This document shows, in pieces, positions 1 through 10,090 of a DNA stretch of 51,824 nucleotides; positions within the stretch are counted from its first letter, which is position 1, and each line of letters starts with the position of its first letter. The notes under the pieces are model-generated. The model ran no database searches and was not told the DNA's origin. It saw only the letters and a list, made by a program, of their open reading frames with translations. Source of the stretch: Candidatus Scatovivens sp. (GTDB lineage: Bacteria; Bacillota; Clostridia; TANB77; CAG-508). The translations under genes were made by a program, and so were the position numbers. The stretch lies in the NCBI GenBank assembly GCA_045646345.1, contig JAZRKN010000019.1:1-51824 (forward strand), read 5' to 3'.

Positions 1-1029
1 ATGAAGAGTGAAGAGCAAATATTAGATGGTGTAGACGAAGAAGAAAGCAAACGTTATATGCATCACTATAACTTCCCATCATATTCAGTAGGAGAAGCAA
101 GACCATCTAGAGGACCAGGAAGAAGAGAAGTAGGACATGGAGCTCTAGCTGAAAAAGCTATAGTACCAGTATTACCATCAAAAGAAGAATTCCCTTATGC
201 AATAAGAGTTGTATCTGAAATTTTAAGTTCAAATGGTTCTACTTCTCAAGGAAGTATTTGTGCTTCAACTCTTGCATTAATGGATGCTGGTGTTCCAATT
301 AAGAAACCAGTTGCTGGTATCTCAACAGGATTAATTACAGATGAAAATGATCCTTCAAGATATGTAGTAATTACAGATATCCAAGGAATTGAAGATTTCT
401 TTGGAGATATGGATTTCAAAGTTGGTGGAACAAGAGATGGTATTACAGCGATTCAAGTAGATATTAAAGTTGATGGATTAAGCTATGAAATAATTGCAGA
501 AGCTTTTGATAGAACATTAAAAGCAAGACAATACATTTTAAATGATATTATGGCTCCACAAATTGCAGAACCAAGAAAAGAAATTTCTAAATATGCTCCA
601 AAAATTATAAGCATGAAAATCAATCCAGAAAAAATTAAAGATGTTATTGGTTCAGGTGGAAAAACAATTAATAAAATTATTGATGAAACTGGAGTTAAAA
701 TTGATATTGAAGAAGACGGATCAGTATTCATTTATTCAGATAATTTAGATGGAGCTCAAGCTGCTCAAAGAATTATTGAAGAAATTACAAGAGAAATCGA
801 AGTAGAAGGAATTTATACTGGTAAAGTTTCTAGAATTGCAACATTTGGTGCTTTTGTTGATTTAGGTGGAGGAAAAGAAGGATTACTTCATATTTCAAAA
901 ATCGCAAAAGAAAGAATCAATAAAGTAGAAGATGTATTGAAATTAGGAGATGAAGTAACAGTTAAAGTTTATGAAATCGATGATCAAGGAAGAATTAATT
1001 TAACAAGAAAAGATTTGTATACAGAATAA
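1..1029 (+). CDS. pnp: Polyribonucleotide nucleotidyltransferase (PNPase), 3' part; truncated by the window start
   Basis: [28 protein letters not shown] and GDMDFKVGG motifs, followed by KH (IGSGGKTI) and S1 ([16 protein letters not shown]) domains. Confidence 0.98.
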   Translation: MKSEEQILDGVDEEESKRYMHHYNFPSYSVGEARPSRGPGRREVGHGALAEKAIVPVLPSKEEFPYAIRVVSEILSSNGSTSQGSICASTLALMDAGVPIKKPVAGISTGLITDENDPSRYVVITDIQGIEDFFGDMDFKVGGTRDGITAIQVDIKVDGLSYEIIAEAFDRTLKARQYILNDIMAPQIAEPRKEISKYAPKIISMKINPEKIKDVIGSGGKTINKIIDETGVKIDIEEDGSVFIYSDNLDGAQAAQRIIEEITREIEVEGIYTGKVSRIATFGAFVDLGGGKEGLLHISKIAKERINKVEDVLKLGDEVTVKVYEIDDQGRINLTRKDLYTE

Positions 1030-1034
1030 TAAAT

Positions 1035-1068
1035 AAAAAAACAAGAACAGTAATGTTCTTGTTTTTTT
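1035..1068 (+). terminator. Intrinsic terminator after pnp
   Basis: aaaaaaacaagaaca-gtaa-tgttcttgttttttt inverted repeat with T tail. Confidence 0.85.
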
Positions 1069-1218
1069 GTTTTTAAAGTAAAATAATGGTTAATATTTTG
1101 GGTATTAGAAAATATAATAATAGTAAAATTAGATTTATTTGAAGCAAAACATGGAAGAAACAGGAATTTAAAGAGATTATAAGAATTATTACAATTTTCT
1201 TAAATTTGCATAAAAAAC

Positions 1219-1247
1219 TTGAAAATATTTCCATTAAATGCTATAAT
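1219..1247 (+). promoter_or_regulatory. SigA-type promoter with extended -10 for the GT2 gene
   Basis: TTGAAA-17 bp-TATAAT with TG at 1239-1240. Confidence 0.65.
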
Positions 1248-1314
1248 AGAAACTGTGTAATAATGTGAAAAAGACAAAATATATGAAATAAAAACATATG
1301 AAAAGGAGTAAAAA

Positions 1315-2553
1315 ATGGAGTATTTATATCTTTTACAACAAGCATTGATATGGATAATAACTATATATTGGGCATATCAAATAGTTGTTAGTTTTTGTTC
1401 TTTAATTAAATTAAAAGACAAAAAATTATTAATCGAAAAAGATCATAAATTTATGGCAATAGTGCCTGCACATAACGAAGAAGCTGTAATTAAAAATTTA
1501 GTAGAAAGTTTAAATGCACAAAATTATCCAAAAGAACTATATGATGTATATGTTATTGCAGATAATTGTACAGATGCAACTGCTGAAATTGCAAAAGATG
1601 CAGGAGCAATAGTTTTAAAAAGATTTGATGAAATTAATAAAACAAAAGGTCATGCATTAAATTGGTTTATAAAACAAAAAATTGATGAAAATGCAGATTA
1701 TGACGCACTTTGTGTATTTGATGCTGATAATATAGTAGATAAAAATTTCTTAAAAAATATGAATAAAAAACTTTGCCAAGGTGAAGAAGTTGTTCAAGGC
1801 TATAGAGATATTAAAAACCCAACAGATTCATGGATTTCTGGAGGATATGCAATATTTTATTGGATGATGCATAGATTTTATCATTTAGCTAGATACAATT
1901 TAGGTTTATCTCCATTATTAAATGGAACAGGTTTTATGGTAAAATTTGATTTATTAAAACCAAATGGATGGCAAACAATAACATTAACAGAAGATATAGA
2001 ATATTCTTTAATAAATATTGCTCAAGGAAGAAAATTAGGATGGGCAGTAGACGCTATAGTATATGATGAACAACCTGTAACATTTAAAGCTAGTTGGTCA
2101 CAACGTTCAAGATGGACAGTAGGACATTTACAATGTATGAAAGAATATACAGGAAAATTAATCAATGGTGTAAAAGAATATAAAACTTTGATGAACTTTG
2201 ATGGAGCTTTATATTTATTTGGTATCCCAATGATGTTATTAACATTCTTATTATTAGGTGTTAATACATTATTATACTTAGGTGCAGAAATGACATTTAT
2301 GGATTTAGTTGGTAACTTTTCAAGATATCTATTTGCAACATTCTTAATGCCAGTTGTTACTGGAGTTGCAATTATGGCCTTAGAGAAAAAACCAATAAAA
2401 CCAATGATAAAAGGTATTTTAATGTATCCAATATTTATGGGATCATGGATAGTAATAAATATTAAATGTTTAATAAAACCAAATACAAAATGGGAAAAAA
2501 TTGAACACGTTAGAGATATTAATATTCAAGAAGTTAAAAGAGTTGTAAACTAA
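1315..2553 (+). CDS. Membrane glycosyltransferase, family GT2 (CESA-like)
   Basis: IVPAHNEE, DNCTD, KGHAL, FDAD, TED and QRSRW (QxxRW) motifs; N- and C-terminal TM helices; AAGGAG RBS. Confidence 0.92.
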   Translation: MEYLYLLQQALIWIITIYWAYQIVVSFCSLIKLKDKKLLIEKDHKFMAIVPAHNEEAVIKNLVESLNAQNYPKELYDVYVIADNCTDATAEIAKDAGAIVLKRFDEINKTKGHALNWFIKQKIDENADYDALCVFDADNIVDKNFLKNMNKKLCQGEEVVQGYRDIKNPTDSWISGGYAIFYWMMHRFYHLARYNLGLSPLLNGTGFMVKFDLLKPNGWQTITLTEDIEYSLINIAQGRKLGWAVDAIVYDEQPVTFKASWSQRSRWTVGHLQCMKEYTGKLINGVKEYKTLMNFDGALYLFGIPMMLLTFLLLGVNTLLYLGAEMTFMDLVGNFSRYLFATFLMPVVTGVAIMALEKKPIKPMIKGILMYPIFMGSWIVINIKCLIKPNTKWEKIEHVRDINIQEVKRVVN

Positions 2554-2556
2554 TAG

Positions 2557-2587
2557 AAAAAGATAAGCTGTTTAAGCTTATCTTTTT
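2557..2587 (+). terminator. Intrinsic terminator after the GT2 gene
   Basis: aaaaagataagct-gttta-agcttatcttttt. Confidence 0.85.
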
Positions 2588-2923
2588 TGTTTATATTAGA
2601 ACTATCAATATAAATTAGTAAAAAACAATTAAATATATGTGTCTCAAAATAAGAATAAAACTTGAAATATAAACTGATATTAAACATATAATAATAAAAT
2701 AAAAAAGATATTGCAAAAAACAATGTCTTTTTATTTTTTACTACGCATGTATTATTAAATTTAATATATAGTAATTTTTTTGAAAAAACTTTAATTTTAA
2801 AGGTATTATATACAAAAAACTAGTGATTAAAGCTTGTAAAAATTGAAAAAAAATGATAGTATAGCATTGTGTAATTTTGAACACAAAAAGAATTAAATTG
2901 AAAGACAGAAGGGATGCATTTTT

Positions 2924-3841
2924 ATGCCAGAAATAGAAAAACAACTACAAGAAATTGTGAATAAAAATAATGTTTTTAAAAATGAACCAATGGCAAAACA
3001 CACATCTTTTAAAATTGGCGGAATTGCAGATTATTTTATAAAAATAACTGAAATAGATGAATTAAAAAGAATATTAGAATTTAGTAAGGTTAATAAGATT
3101 CCTGTAACAATTGTAGGAAATGGAACAAATTTATTAGTAAAAGATGGTGGAATAAGAGGAATTGTAATAAAACTTGAATTAAATGGTTTTAAAATAAAAA
3201 GATATGTAGATGATGTTATAATAACAGTTGAAGCTGGAATGACATTAGCAGCTCTTGCTGCAATAGCTCTAAAAGAAGAAATTGCTGGATTAGAATTTTT
3301 ATCAGGAATACCAGGTTCAATAGGTGGAGCTATAAGAATGAATGCAGGAGCATATGGTGGAGAAATGAAAAATCTTGTGGTAAAAACAAGATATATGACT
3401 TATGACGGTAAAATAAAAACAATGGATATTTTGAAACATAAGTTTGAATATAGAAATAGTGTTTTCTCAAAAATGGATGCAATTATTATTGATACAACAA
3501 TTAAGGCAAAAAAAGGAAATAAAACAGAAATTCAAGCCAAAATGGATGAGTATTCAGCGTCTAGGAAAAAATCTCAACCATTAGAATATCCAAATGCAGG
3601 TAGTACATTTAAACGCCAAGAAGGTGTTTTAACAGCTAAATTAATTGATGAATGTGGACTAAAAGGATTTTGTATAGGTGATGCAGAAGTTTCAACGAAA
3701 CATGCAGGATTTATAATAAACAAAGGAAAAGCTACTGCAAAAGATATATTAGATTTAGTAGAACATATTAAAAAAGAAATAAAGAAAAAATATGACTTAA
3801 ATATAGAATTAGAAATTTTAGTATTAGGAGAGGATAAATAA
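2924..3841 (+). CDS. murB: UDP-N-acetylenolpyruvoylglucosamine reductase
   Basis: HTSFKIGG, GNGTNLLV.D, GIPGSIGGAIRMNAGAYG, QPLEYPNAGSTFK, KHAGF. Confidence 0.97.
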   Translation: MPEIEKQLQEIVNKNNVFKNEPMAKHTSFKIGGIADYFIKITEIDELKRILEFSKVNKIPVTIVGNGTNLLVKDGGIRGIVIKLELNGFKIKRYVDDVIITVEAGMTLAALAAIALKEEIAGLEFLSGIPGSIGGAIRMNAGAYGGEMKNLVVKTRYMTYDGKIKTMDILKHKFEYRNSVFSKMDAIIIDTTIKAKKGNKTEIQAKMDEYSASRKKSQPLEYPNAGSTFKRQEGVLTAKLIDECGLKGFCIGDAEVSTKHAGFIINKGKATAKDILDLVEHIKKEIKKKYDLNIELEILVLGEDK

Positions 3842-5496
3842 TGAAATCTTTTTTTGAATGGTTTAAAGCAAGCACAAAAGTTAAAAGATGGATTCTTTTA
3901 ATAATTGTCGGTGTTATATTAACTTGTTATGGAATATCAAAAATTTTAACTTCACCAGAATTATCGATATTCGAACTTATAAAAGTAATTATAATGTTTG
4001 TTTGTGGTTTTATTGCCATTGTTACAAGTGTTGTTTTTATTCAAAAAAGAAGTTTGGAAATAATAATAGAAGCGAACAACACAAATACAGAAACAGGGAA
4101 AAAAGCAAAAGCAAATATTAAATCCTTAATATTTAACAAAAAAGTTTATGAAGAAGGTCCTAAAGTTGTTATTATTGGTGGAGGTCGAGGACTAAATAAT
4201 GTAATTGAAGGATTTAAAAAATATACAAATAACATTACAGCAATTGTAACAATGTCTGATTATGGAAATATTCCAACAGCTTCAAGAAGAGCTCTAGATA
4301 CATTACCACTAAAAGATATCAAAGATTCAATTATAGCAATGTCAGATAAAGAAGATATTATGAGAAAACTTTTAAATTGGAATTTCCAAAATGAAAGATT
4401 AAGAGGATTAAATTTTGGTGATATTTATTTAACTGCTATGAATGAAATGTATAACAATATTTCAGAGGCGATTTTAAAGAGTACTGAAGTTTTAAATATA
4501 ACAGGAAGAGTAATGCCAGTAACGTTAGATGAAATTACAATATGTGCAGAATTAACAGATGGAACAACAATCAAACAAAAAGATAGAATTCCAGAAATTG
4601 TTACAGAAAAGGTTGAATCAATTAATAGAATTTATATTTCACCTTCAAATTGTAGACCATCTCCTGGAGTAATCGAATCAATAGAAGATGCAGATGTAAT
4701 TATTATAGGGCCTGGAAGTTTATATACAAATGTACTTCCAAATTTACTTGTAAAAAATGTTTCAAAAGCAATTAGAGATAGCAAAGCTTTGAAATTTTAT
4801 ATATCAAATATAATGACTGAACCAGGGCAAACAGATAACTATACTTTATCAGATCACATTAAAGCAATTCAAGAACATGTTGGTACTGGAGTGGTTGATT
4901 ATTGTTTAGCAGACACTGGAGAAGTAATTCCTGAATATATCAGAAAATATAATAAAGAAGGATCTGATTTAGTAGAAGTAGATACTAAAAAATTAAATTC
5001 ATATAATGTTAAGGTTATTCAAAGAAATATGTCTTGTGTAAAAAATGACAAAATAAGACATAATCCAGATATAATTGCAGCAACAATAATTGAAATGATT
5101 TGTAACGATCTTAAATTCCATGATATGCAAAATGATACAGAATACTTGTTGTTACAATCTGTATTGAAAGAACAAAAGAAAATTCAACAACAACAAGAAA
5201 AAAGATTAACAAAAGTATCTAAAAATACGGGACTTTTAGCTAAATTGACAAAAGAAAAAGATACTAAAAAGAAAAGTAAGTTTAAAGAAAAATATAAAGA
5301 TAGAGTAGAATCAATTCAAAATACAGATAATAAAACTGCTGAAAATAGAAGAATTGCAGAAGAAATAGAGAAAATGGAAAGAGCAAAAAGAGATGCTCAA
5401 TCAAGTGGTAGAAGAAACATGAATAATAACAATCCAATAAAAGATTTTTCAAGAAGAGAACCACCAAGAAGAAACCAAGGAAAAAGAAGTATGTAA
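3841..5496 (+). CDS. yvcK: YvcK/GlmR (UPF0052, CofD-like) family protein with two N-terminal TM helices and a charged C-terminal tail
   Basis: GPKVVIIGGGRGL, ITAIVT..D, GPGSLYTNVLPNL, NIMTEPGQT and RHNP motifs; start overlaps the murB stop. Confidence 0.85.
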   Translation: MKSFFEWFKASTKVKRWILLIIVGVILTCYGISKILTSPELSIFELIKVIIMFVCGFIAIVTSVVFIQKRSLEIIIEANNTNTETGKKAKANIKSLIFNKKVYEEGPKVVIIGGGRGLNNVIEGFKKYTNNITAIVTMSDYGNIPTASRRALDTLPLKDIKDSIIAMSDKEDIMRKLLNWNFQNERLRGLNFGDIYLTAMNEMYNNISEAILKSTEVLNITGRVMPVTLDEITICAELTDGTTIKQKDRIPEIVTEKVESINRIYISPSNCRPSPGVIESIEDADVIIIGPGSLYTNVLPNLLVKNVSKAIRDSKALKFYISNIMTEPGQTDNYTLSDHIKAIQEHVGTGVVDYCLADTGEVIPEYIRKYNKEGSDLVEVDTKKLNSYNVKVIQRNMSCVKNDKIRHNPDIIAATIIEMICNDLKFHDMQNDTEYLLLQSVLKEQKKIQQQQEKRLTKVSKNTGLLAKLTKEKDTKKKSKFKEKYKDRVESIQNTDNKTAENRRIAEEIEKMERAKRDAQSSGRRNMNNNNPIKDFSRREPPRRNQGKRSM

Positions 5497-5511
5497 GAAG
5501 GATAGGTACAA

Positions 5512-7548
5512 ATGAAAATAAGTAAAAAACAAATTGAATTAAAAGATAGTTTAAATAAAGAATGGATATTAACAAACGGAACTGGTGGGTTTTGCTCATC
5601 AACAGTAATTGGAGCGAATACAAGAAGATATCATGGTTTATTAATAGCTCCACTATTACCACCAGCCGCAAGACATTTGATAATTTCAAAATTAGATGAA
5701 AGTATTGTTATAAATAATGAAGAATATAATTTATTTACAAATATTTGTGAAAATTATATTTCTGAAGGATATAAATATCAAGAAAGTTTCGAAAAAGAAT
5801 TTTTACCAATATTTACTTACAAAATAAATGATGTAAAAATAACTAAAACTATATCAATGGTTTATGGTAAAAATACAGTTGTTGTTCAATATAAAATTAA
5901 AAATGGAAAAAATGAAGCCAAATTTAAATTGGCTCCAATAATTAATTTTAGAGATTTTCATCATATGACAACAAATCATAATTTTTATTTACAACAAAAT
6001 GTTAAAGAAAATAAAGTTGAAATTATAGTTGATGGTAATTCAAAAACACCAATATATATGCATTTAGATGAAGGGCAATATATGGAACATGAAAATGATA
6101 TTTTCTATAATATGCTTTATTTAAAAGAAGAAGAAAGAGGGTTCTATTCAAAAGAAAATCTTTCTGTACCTGGAAGATTTGAAGTTAATTTGAAACCTAG
6201 AGAGTCAAAAGAAATAACTTTTGTTGCTTCACTTGAAGATAATGTTGAAAATATCGATAGTAACGTAATATTTAAAAAAGAAAAAGAAAGATTAGCTAAA
6301 ATAGTAGATGAATCAGATTTGATAGTAAGTAAATCAAAGTTAACAAAGCAAGAAAAAGAATATAATGAATTAGTTAAAGATTTAATTGTTGCTTCTGATA
6401 GTTTTATAATAAATAGACCATTATTTGGAACGCATTCTGTTTTGGCTGGATTTCCTTGGTTTTTAGACTGGGGTAGAGATACTTTAATTGCGTTTGAAGG
6501 ATTGCTATTATTAACAAAAAGATTTGATTTGGCAAAAGAAATTTTAATAACTTTTACAAGAGATATTAAATCAGGATTAGTTCCTAATGGTTATTCAGAA
6601 TCAGATAATAAACCATTATATAATAGTGCAGATGCTTCTTTACTATTATTTGAGCAAGTAAATAAATTTTTACAATACACAAAAGATTATGATTTTATAA
6701 AAGATAATATCTATGACCATTTAAAAGACATTGTGGAAAATTATAGTCAAGGAATAGATTTAGAAAATAATAATATTTATATTGCAGAAGATGGATTACT
6801 TTCTTCAGGAACAGAAATTACTCAAAATACTTGGATGGATGCTAAAATAGGCAATTTTGCAGTAACTCCAAGAAACGGAAAAGTAGTTGAATTAAACGCT
6901 CTTTGGTATAATGCTTTAAGAACTTTGGAAAATTTAGCAAATAAATTTGAAGAGAAAGATATTGCAGATAGATGCAGAAAAGTTGCTAATAAACATCAAA
7001 AAGTTTTTGAAGAACAATTCTTTAACAAGAAAAGAAAATCATTATATGATGTTATTGGAGATTCAAAAATAAGACCAAATCAATTGTTTAGTATATCTAC
7101 AACATATCCAGTTATAAAACCATCTTCAGAAATAGGAAAAACAATTTTTAGAACTGTAACATCAAAACTTTTGACTAAATATGGATTGCGTACTTTAGCA
7201 AAAGGAGAAGAAGGTTATATAGCTCATTATGAAGGTGATTCTGTAAAGAGAGATATGAGTTATCACCAAGGGGTCGTATGGGTTTGGTTAATAGGATTAT
7301 ACCATGATGCATTTAAAAACATTATTGATGATGAAAAAGATAGATTAGAAAAAGAAAAATTAAAAATTGAATATGAAAAATTTATAAAAAATGTATTTGC
7401 TACTTTTAAAACAGAAATAAATGGTCCAGAAGGAATTGGAACTATATCAGAGTTATACAATTCTCAAACACCATTTAAACCAGGAGGAACATTCTCACAA
7501 GCGTGGAGTGTTTCAGAGGTTTTAAAAATAGTTTCAAAAATAAAATAA
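5512..7548 (+). CDS. Amylo-alpha-1,6-glucosidase (glycogen debranching enzyme, archaeal/GH133-like type)
   Basis: EWILTNGTGG..TRRYHGLL N-domain; AGFPWFLDWGRDT, TWMDAK, ELNALWYNAL, RPNQL, YHQG.VW.W, QAWS. Confidence 0.93.
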   Translation: MKISKKQIELKDSLNKEWILTNGTGGFCSSTVIGANTRRYHGLLIAPLLPPAARHLIISKLDESIVINNEEYNLFTNICENYISEGYKYQESFEKEFLPIFTYKINDVKITKTISMVYGKNTVVVQYKIKNGKNEAKFKLAPIINFRDFHHMTTNHNFYLQQNVKENKVEIIVDGNSKTPIYMHLDEGQYMEHENDIFYNMLYLKEEERGFYSKENLSVPGRFEVNLKPRESKEITFVASLEDNVENIDSNVIFKKEKERLAKIVDESDLIVSKSKLTKQEKEYNELVKDLIVASDSFIINRPLFGTHSVLAGFPWFLDWGRDTLIAFEGLLLLTKRFDLAKEILITFTRDIKSGLVPNGYSESDNKPLYNSADASLLLFEQVNKFLQYTKDYDFIKDNIYDHLKDIVENYSQGIDLENNNIYIAEDGLLSSGTEITQNTWMDAKIGNFAVTPRNGKVVELNALWYNALRTLENLANKFEEKDIADRCRKVANKHQKVFEEQFFNKKRKSLYDVIGDSKIRPNQLFSISTTYPVIKPSSEIGKTIFRTVTSKLLTKYGLRTLAKGEEGYIAHYEGDSVKRDMSYHQGVVWVWLIGLYHDAFKNIIDDEKDRLEKEKLKIEYEKFIKNVFATFKTEINGPEGIGTISELYNSQTPFKPGGTFSQAWSVSEVLKIVSKIK

Positions 7549-7665
7549 ATACCGTCAAATATTGGTGGTTAAAAAGAAAGTTTAAAATTGCCAAATTTAA
7601 CGATTTGGCAATTTTTGTGCATTTATAGAATACTTATATTAGTAAATAAAAGCCAGGAGGCAAAA

Positions 7666-8385
7666 ATGATTGAAATAAAAAATGTTAGTAAATCTTATGT
7701 GAAAGATAAGAAAACAGTAAAGAATCTAAATTTAGAAATTAAGGATGGAGAAATATTTGGTTTTTTAGGACCAAATGGTGCAGGGAAAACAACAACAATT
7801 AGAATGATTACTGGAATTTTGGGGTTAGATGAAGGTGAAATTTTAATAGATGGAAAAGACATTTCAAAAAATCCAATTGAGGCCAAAAGAAGTTTTGGCT
7901 TTGTTCCAGATAATCCAGATATATTTTTGAAATTAAAAGGAATAGAATATTTGAACTTTTTAGCTGATATTTATAAAGTGCCAAAAAAGGAAAGAATGGA
8001 AAGAATTGAAAGTCTTTCTAAAAAATTTAATATTTATGAAAGTTTAAATGATAAAATACAAAACTATTCACATGGAATGAGACAAAAAATTGTTGTAATT
8101 GGAGCTTTATTACATAGTCCAAAAAATTGGATTTTAGATGAACCAATGACTGGATTGGATCCGAAGTCAGCACACGATTTAAAAGAACTAATGAAAGAAC
8201 ATGTGAAAAATGGTAATACAGTATTCTTTTCAACTCATGTGTTAGAAGTTGCAGAAAAATTGTGCGATAGAATAGGAATTATTAATGAAGGTGAGTTAAT
8301 TTTTGTTGGAACATATAAAGAAATGAAATCCAAATTTAAAGAAAACGCATCACTTGAAGAATTGTTTTTAGAAATAACAGAATGA
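7666..8385 (+). CDS. ABC transporter ATP-binding protein (ABC-2 exporter type)
   Basis: Walker A GPNGAGKTT, signature YSHGMRQK, Walker B ILDEP, H-loop STH; start moved to ATG 7666 behind AGGAGG. Confidence 0.95.
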   Translation: MIEIKNVSKSYVKDKKTVKNLNLEIKDGEIFGFLGPNGAGKTTTIRMITGILGLDEGEILIDGKDISKNPIEAKRSFGFVPDNPDIFLKLKGIEYLNFLADIYKVPKKERMERIESLSKKFNIYESLNDKIQNYSHGMRQKIVVIGALLHSPKNWILDEPMTGLDPKSAHDLKELMKEHVKNGNTVFFSTHVLEVAEKLCDRIGIINEGELIFVGTYKEMKSKFKENASLEELFLEITE

Positions 8386-8432
8386 TTTTTTTACGTTTAG
8401 ATTATGAAAAATAATGAAGATTGGAATAATTT

Positions 8433-10076
8433 ATGAAAGAAATATTTTCGTTAACAAAAATTTTAATAAAAAGTTCAAGCAACGATGCTGGAACTAAAAA
8501 AAATAAAAAAATAAATGGACTTGGAAAATTTATAATATTATTTTTAGTATATGGCTATTTAATCGGATTTATGTCGTATATTAGCTATATGACTATAAAT
8601 GGACTAATCCTTATAAATCAACCAGCATTGTTTTTAAATCTTATATTTGGATTACTTTTGGGATTTGGAACAATTCAAACAGCGATAACCAGTTTAAATG
8701 TTTTGTTTTTTTCAAAAGACTTAGACTTTTTAATGCCATTGCCGATAACTTCTCAAAAGGTAGTAATGGCTAAACTTAATTGTTTAGTGATTTCACAATA
8801 TATGATTGCAATGTTTTTGGGGATGCCGGGATTAGTAATATATGGAATTTTATTAAATTTAGGAATAAATTATTATATACTATCTTGTGTTATAGTATTA
8901 ATTTTTCCATTAATACCTGTAGCTGTAATATCTTTATTGGTAACACTTATCATGAAATTTACTAAGATAATAAAAAATAAAGAAGCTGTTCAATATATAA
9001 CAATTGTTTTAACAATATTTTTAATTGTAGCTTTAACTGGTACAAGTGAAAACTCAGTAACAAGCGAAGAAATTGCAAATAGTTTATTGAAGTATAATGG
9101 AACTATAGAAATGGTTATAAAAACATATCCACTATTAGGAATCGTTATAAATTCTCTTTTAAATTACAATACAATAAATGGGGTAACTAGTATAGCGTTT
9201 TTTATGATACTTTCTTTGGCGGTTTATAATATTGTTTCATTTATGATATCAAAGATATATGTTAAAACAGTAATTTCACTAGAAACTGTGAAAAACAAAA
9301 AAGTAAAGAAAATAGAAAATTTTGAAAAAATAAAAATGGACAATATATTTATGTCATATCTAAAAAAAGAATTTAGGTTATTAATTAGAAATCCAATATT
9401 TTTTATGCAGTGTGTGTTGCCATCTATATTTTTTCCTATTATAATTACTGTACCTGCAATCATGGAGTTAAATAATACAACGCCAGATATGTCGGTACTT
9501 CAAAATGATTTTTCTAAAATAATAAATACAAATTATGGATTTATGGGATGCATTTTTGCAATGCTTGTTTTGTATGCATTTAATTATGCTTCAATCACAT
9601 CAATATCGAGAGATGGACAAAATGCAGTATTTATGAAATACATACCGATATCACTTGAAAAACAAATAATGTATAAAATAACACCAGGGATAATATTAAA
9701 TATAATTCCAATATTATATTTTTTAATCTTTATGATTATTTGCATACCTGGAGTAAAATTTCTAACTATATTTTATATAATACTAATTTCTATGCTAATT
9801 AATATATTAAATAATATTTTGATGATATTAGTAGACTTAAAGAACCCGAAGTTAAAATGGATAACTGAGCAAGCTGTTGTAAAACAAAATTTTAATATGT
9901 TTTTTGCTATGGCATTTATAGGGGTTGAAGCTGTAATTGTATTTTTGATTGGTACGTTTGTAAGTGACTTGAATAGCGTTGTATTAGTCTTTTTTGTCAC
10001 ATTTTTATTACCAACACTTTTGATAAAAAAATATATAAAAAATAATCAAGAAAAAATATTTGAAAAGATTATTTAA
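8433..10076 (+). CDS. ABC-2 type exporter permease (multi-TM)
   Basis: About 12-14 hydrophobic segments; FFSKDLDFLMPLPI, KEFRLLIRNP and SISRDG motifs; follows the ABC ATPase. Confidence 0.85.
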   Translation: MKEIFSLTKILIKSSSNDAGTKKNKKINGLGKFIILFLVYGYLIGFMSYISYMTINGLILINQPALFLNLIFGLLLGFGTIQTAITSLNVLFFSKDLDFLMPLPITSQKVVMAKLNCLVISQYMIAMFLGMPGLVIYGILLNLGINYYILSCVIVLIFPLIPVAVISLLVTLIMKFTKIIKNKEAVQYITIVLTIFLIVALTGTSENSVTSEEIANSLLKYNGTIEMVIKTYPLLGIVINSLLNYNTINGVTSIAFFMILSLAVYNIVSFMISKIYVKTVISLETVKNKKVKKIENFEKIKMDNIFMSYLKKEFRLLIRNPIFFMQCVLPSIFFPIIITVPAIMELNNTTPDMSVLQNDFSKIINTNYGFMGCIFAMLVLYAFNYASITSISRDGQNAVFMKYIPISLEKQIMYKITPGIILNIIPILYFLIFMIICIPGVKFLTIFYIILISMLINILNNILMILVDLKNPKLKWITEQAVVKQNFNMFFAMAFIGVEAVIVFLIGTFVSDLNSVVLVFFVTFLLPTLLIKKYIKNNQEKIFEKII

Positions 10077-10090
10077 AAGAAAGGGAAAAC

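Noticed and set aside
2741-2944. 67-aa minus-strand ORF upstream of murB
   Set aside because: Overlaps the murB start and promoter region, no RBS, low-complexity composition
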